Source: Andalucia godoyi And28 (lineage: Eukaryota > Protista > Jakobida). Taken from it: a DNA stretch of 29,313 bases. The notes beneath the pieces are model-generated. The model did not search any database. It was not told the origin of the DNA and was given only the letters and a program-made list of their open reading frames with translations. The stretch covers positions 1-29,313 of the forward strand of contig VRVR01000045.1 of NCBI GenBank assembly GCA_009859145.1, given 5' to 3'. Shown one piece after another: positions 29,301 to 29,313 of this stretch (positions are counted from its first letter, which is position 1; every line of letters begins with the position of its first letter). A program made the translations under genes and the position numbers.

Positions 29301-29313
29301 GGCGTTCGCACCA
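26313..29313 (-). CDS. 5'-truncated Cys-rich surface protein: GCC2/GCC3 (ephrin-receptor-like) repeats, EGF-like repeats and a multi-TM C-terminal region
   Basis: The frame stays open to the window end (GANASSVC upstream of the track's Met). It has many 20-aa CPAGTFSxxxGAxNSSxCxx units, CANGGSCLDG and CNDHGTCSSTGSCLC EGF-like units, many NxS/T sites and several hydrophobic helices in the C-terminal half. Confidence 0.9.
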   Translation of the reverse strand, partial: GANASSVCMPCAAGTYSTEAGAANSSMCTVCPAGTFSPALGASNASTCQTCPLGSYSAIVGANAMSVCSECPAGTFSDVDGANSSSLCTSCPAGTFSSLTGANSSASCLACPSGTFSPIIGSNSSALCFACDAGTFSSVMGASNSSACTACPSGTFSSEIGANGSASCVPCPAGSFSPTTGASNSTTCLDLPAGLYSNQSGLNSTESAFQCPPGTYSTAVGATSSSTCQYCPAGTFSTVSGAPNSSVCELCPAGHQSSASADSCFLCPPGMFSNSSVNYICQACPVGHESSTDRTTCRQCPEGWFSNVSSVSQCVKCSNGTESHVSRAFCVACLPGWFSNDTTFRCTACQTPFSNSVHGASSCNQCLSGFWGPECQQCRVCANGGSCLDGKNGSGLCSCVEPFSGPNCTSCLTNMYGPSCSVFCNRTYTCNDHGTCSSTGSCLCDNAHRGRHCNVSTIVDLGIPQAPAFEVVSSEHGKTAVTTSVGLSAGGPGFMQMFDSVQSITRLGSLRLQFPIWYLQFIQGFSVVMMNVRMSVWESIGMIQSPDDADIDPLSDSNLRLYFMDTMQTYSACFIFTFTTMLTVLMAITTLFVGSFGCALAFLMLRRRFSFGPSDVGCKPSALFFRFWIFFRGIYFMLFYASIYPLLVTIGVQMTAGMRVRPAWETVLAFFVLFTECAIFFFGLMPLLRRGPSGPEAEFARQVDLGLFVYVGKYWWMHLGSITIFAIDAFFVVSGAELGLGTEVQLCFVACVSTARAIFFLYEHPSEERVSNAMHVLNSASDLLQLFSLYAMFGKGRSNTWNEDVTHFVAMFQLIVVTINLVVSLFEMVLMVARIGLVLGNKILAVTKKQDLNQLEIMPAKRPPASFSQAIGSDGASSVQGSASEYRFSTKLPSLTSLAVHRFAHQQKPPVSHSIQKTATLLPAPTNPLGAALAQGDSLRVTLVGLPPITTVWNEHCRRNTSAQIPKSAASTAIHFHPQADIFSPLSFLDSVRLVVDLR
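28540..29313 (-). repeat. Degenerate coding repeat with a period of about 60 bp (20-aa Cys-rich units)
   Basis: Recurrent GAGAA(T/C/AA)GT(T/A/C)CC motifs on the plus strand correspond to CPAGTFS units. Confidence 0.8.

Overview
This window is the left end of a eukaryotic chromosome. It has a (CCCTAA)n telomere at 7-200, followed by a gene-dense subtelomere of a microbial eukaryote that uses the standard genetic code. Short spliceosomal introns (60-67 nt, GTATG[T/C]...CAG) can be read from the sequence and join ORFs that the ORF track lists separately. The main result is a co-oriented minus-strand three-gene cluster at 7887-15369. It comprises (i) a 1616-aa WD40/Roc-COR/DUF4365-like protein fused to a cGAS/OAS/SMODS-type nucleotidyltransferase, (ii) a second, stand-alone intron-containing NTase of the same type, and (iii) a tandem 2TM+2TM SLATT-like membrane protein with a predicted N-myristoylation exon. 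This resembles a bacterial CBASS/SMODS-SLATT operon expressed as eukaryotic genes. Around it lie other conflict-type genes: a REase-tandem kinase (Crinkler/RHS-like) abutting the telomere, a dsRBD-Schlafen fusion, a coiled-coil RNase III-like protein, a bacterial-type HNH-like nuclease and a HerA/FtsK-like ATPase. Also present are a rhomboid, a decayed Ginger-like transposon with visible TIRs, a fragmented GRL-like membrane gene and a 5'-truncated Cys-rich surface protein. All domain calls come from motif recognition by eye; no database search, structure prediction or expression data were available.
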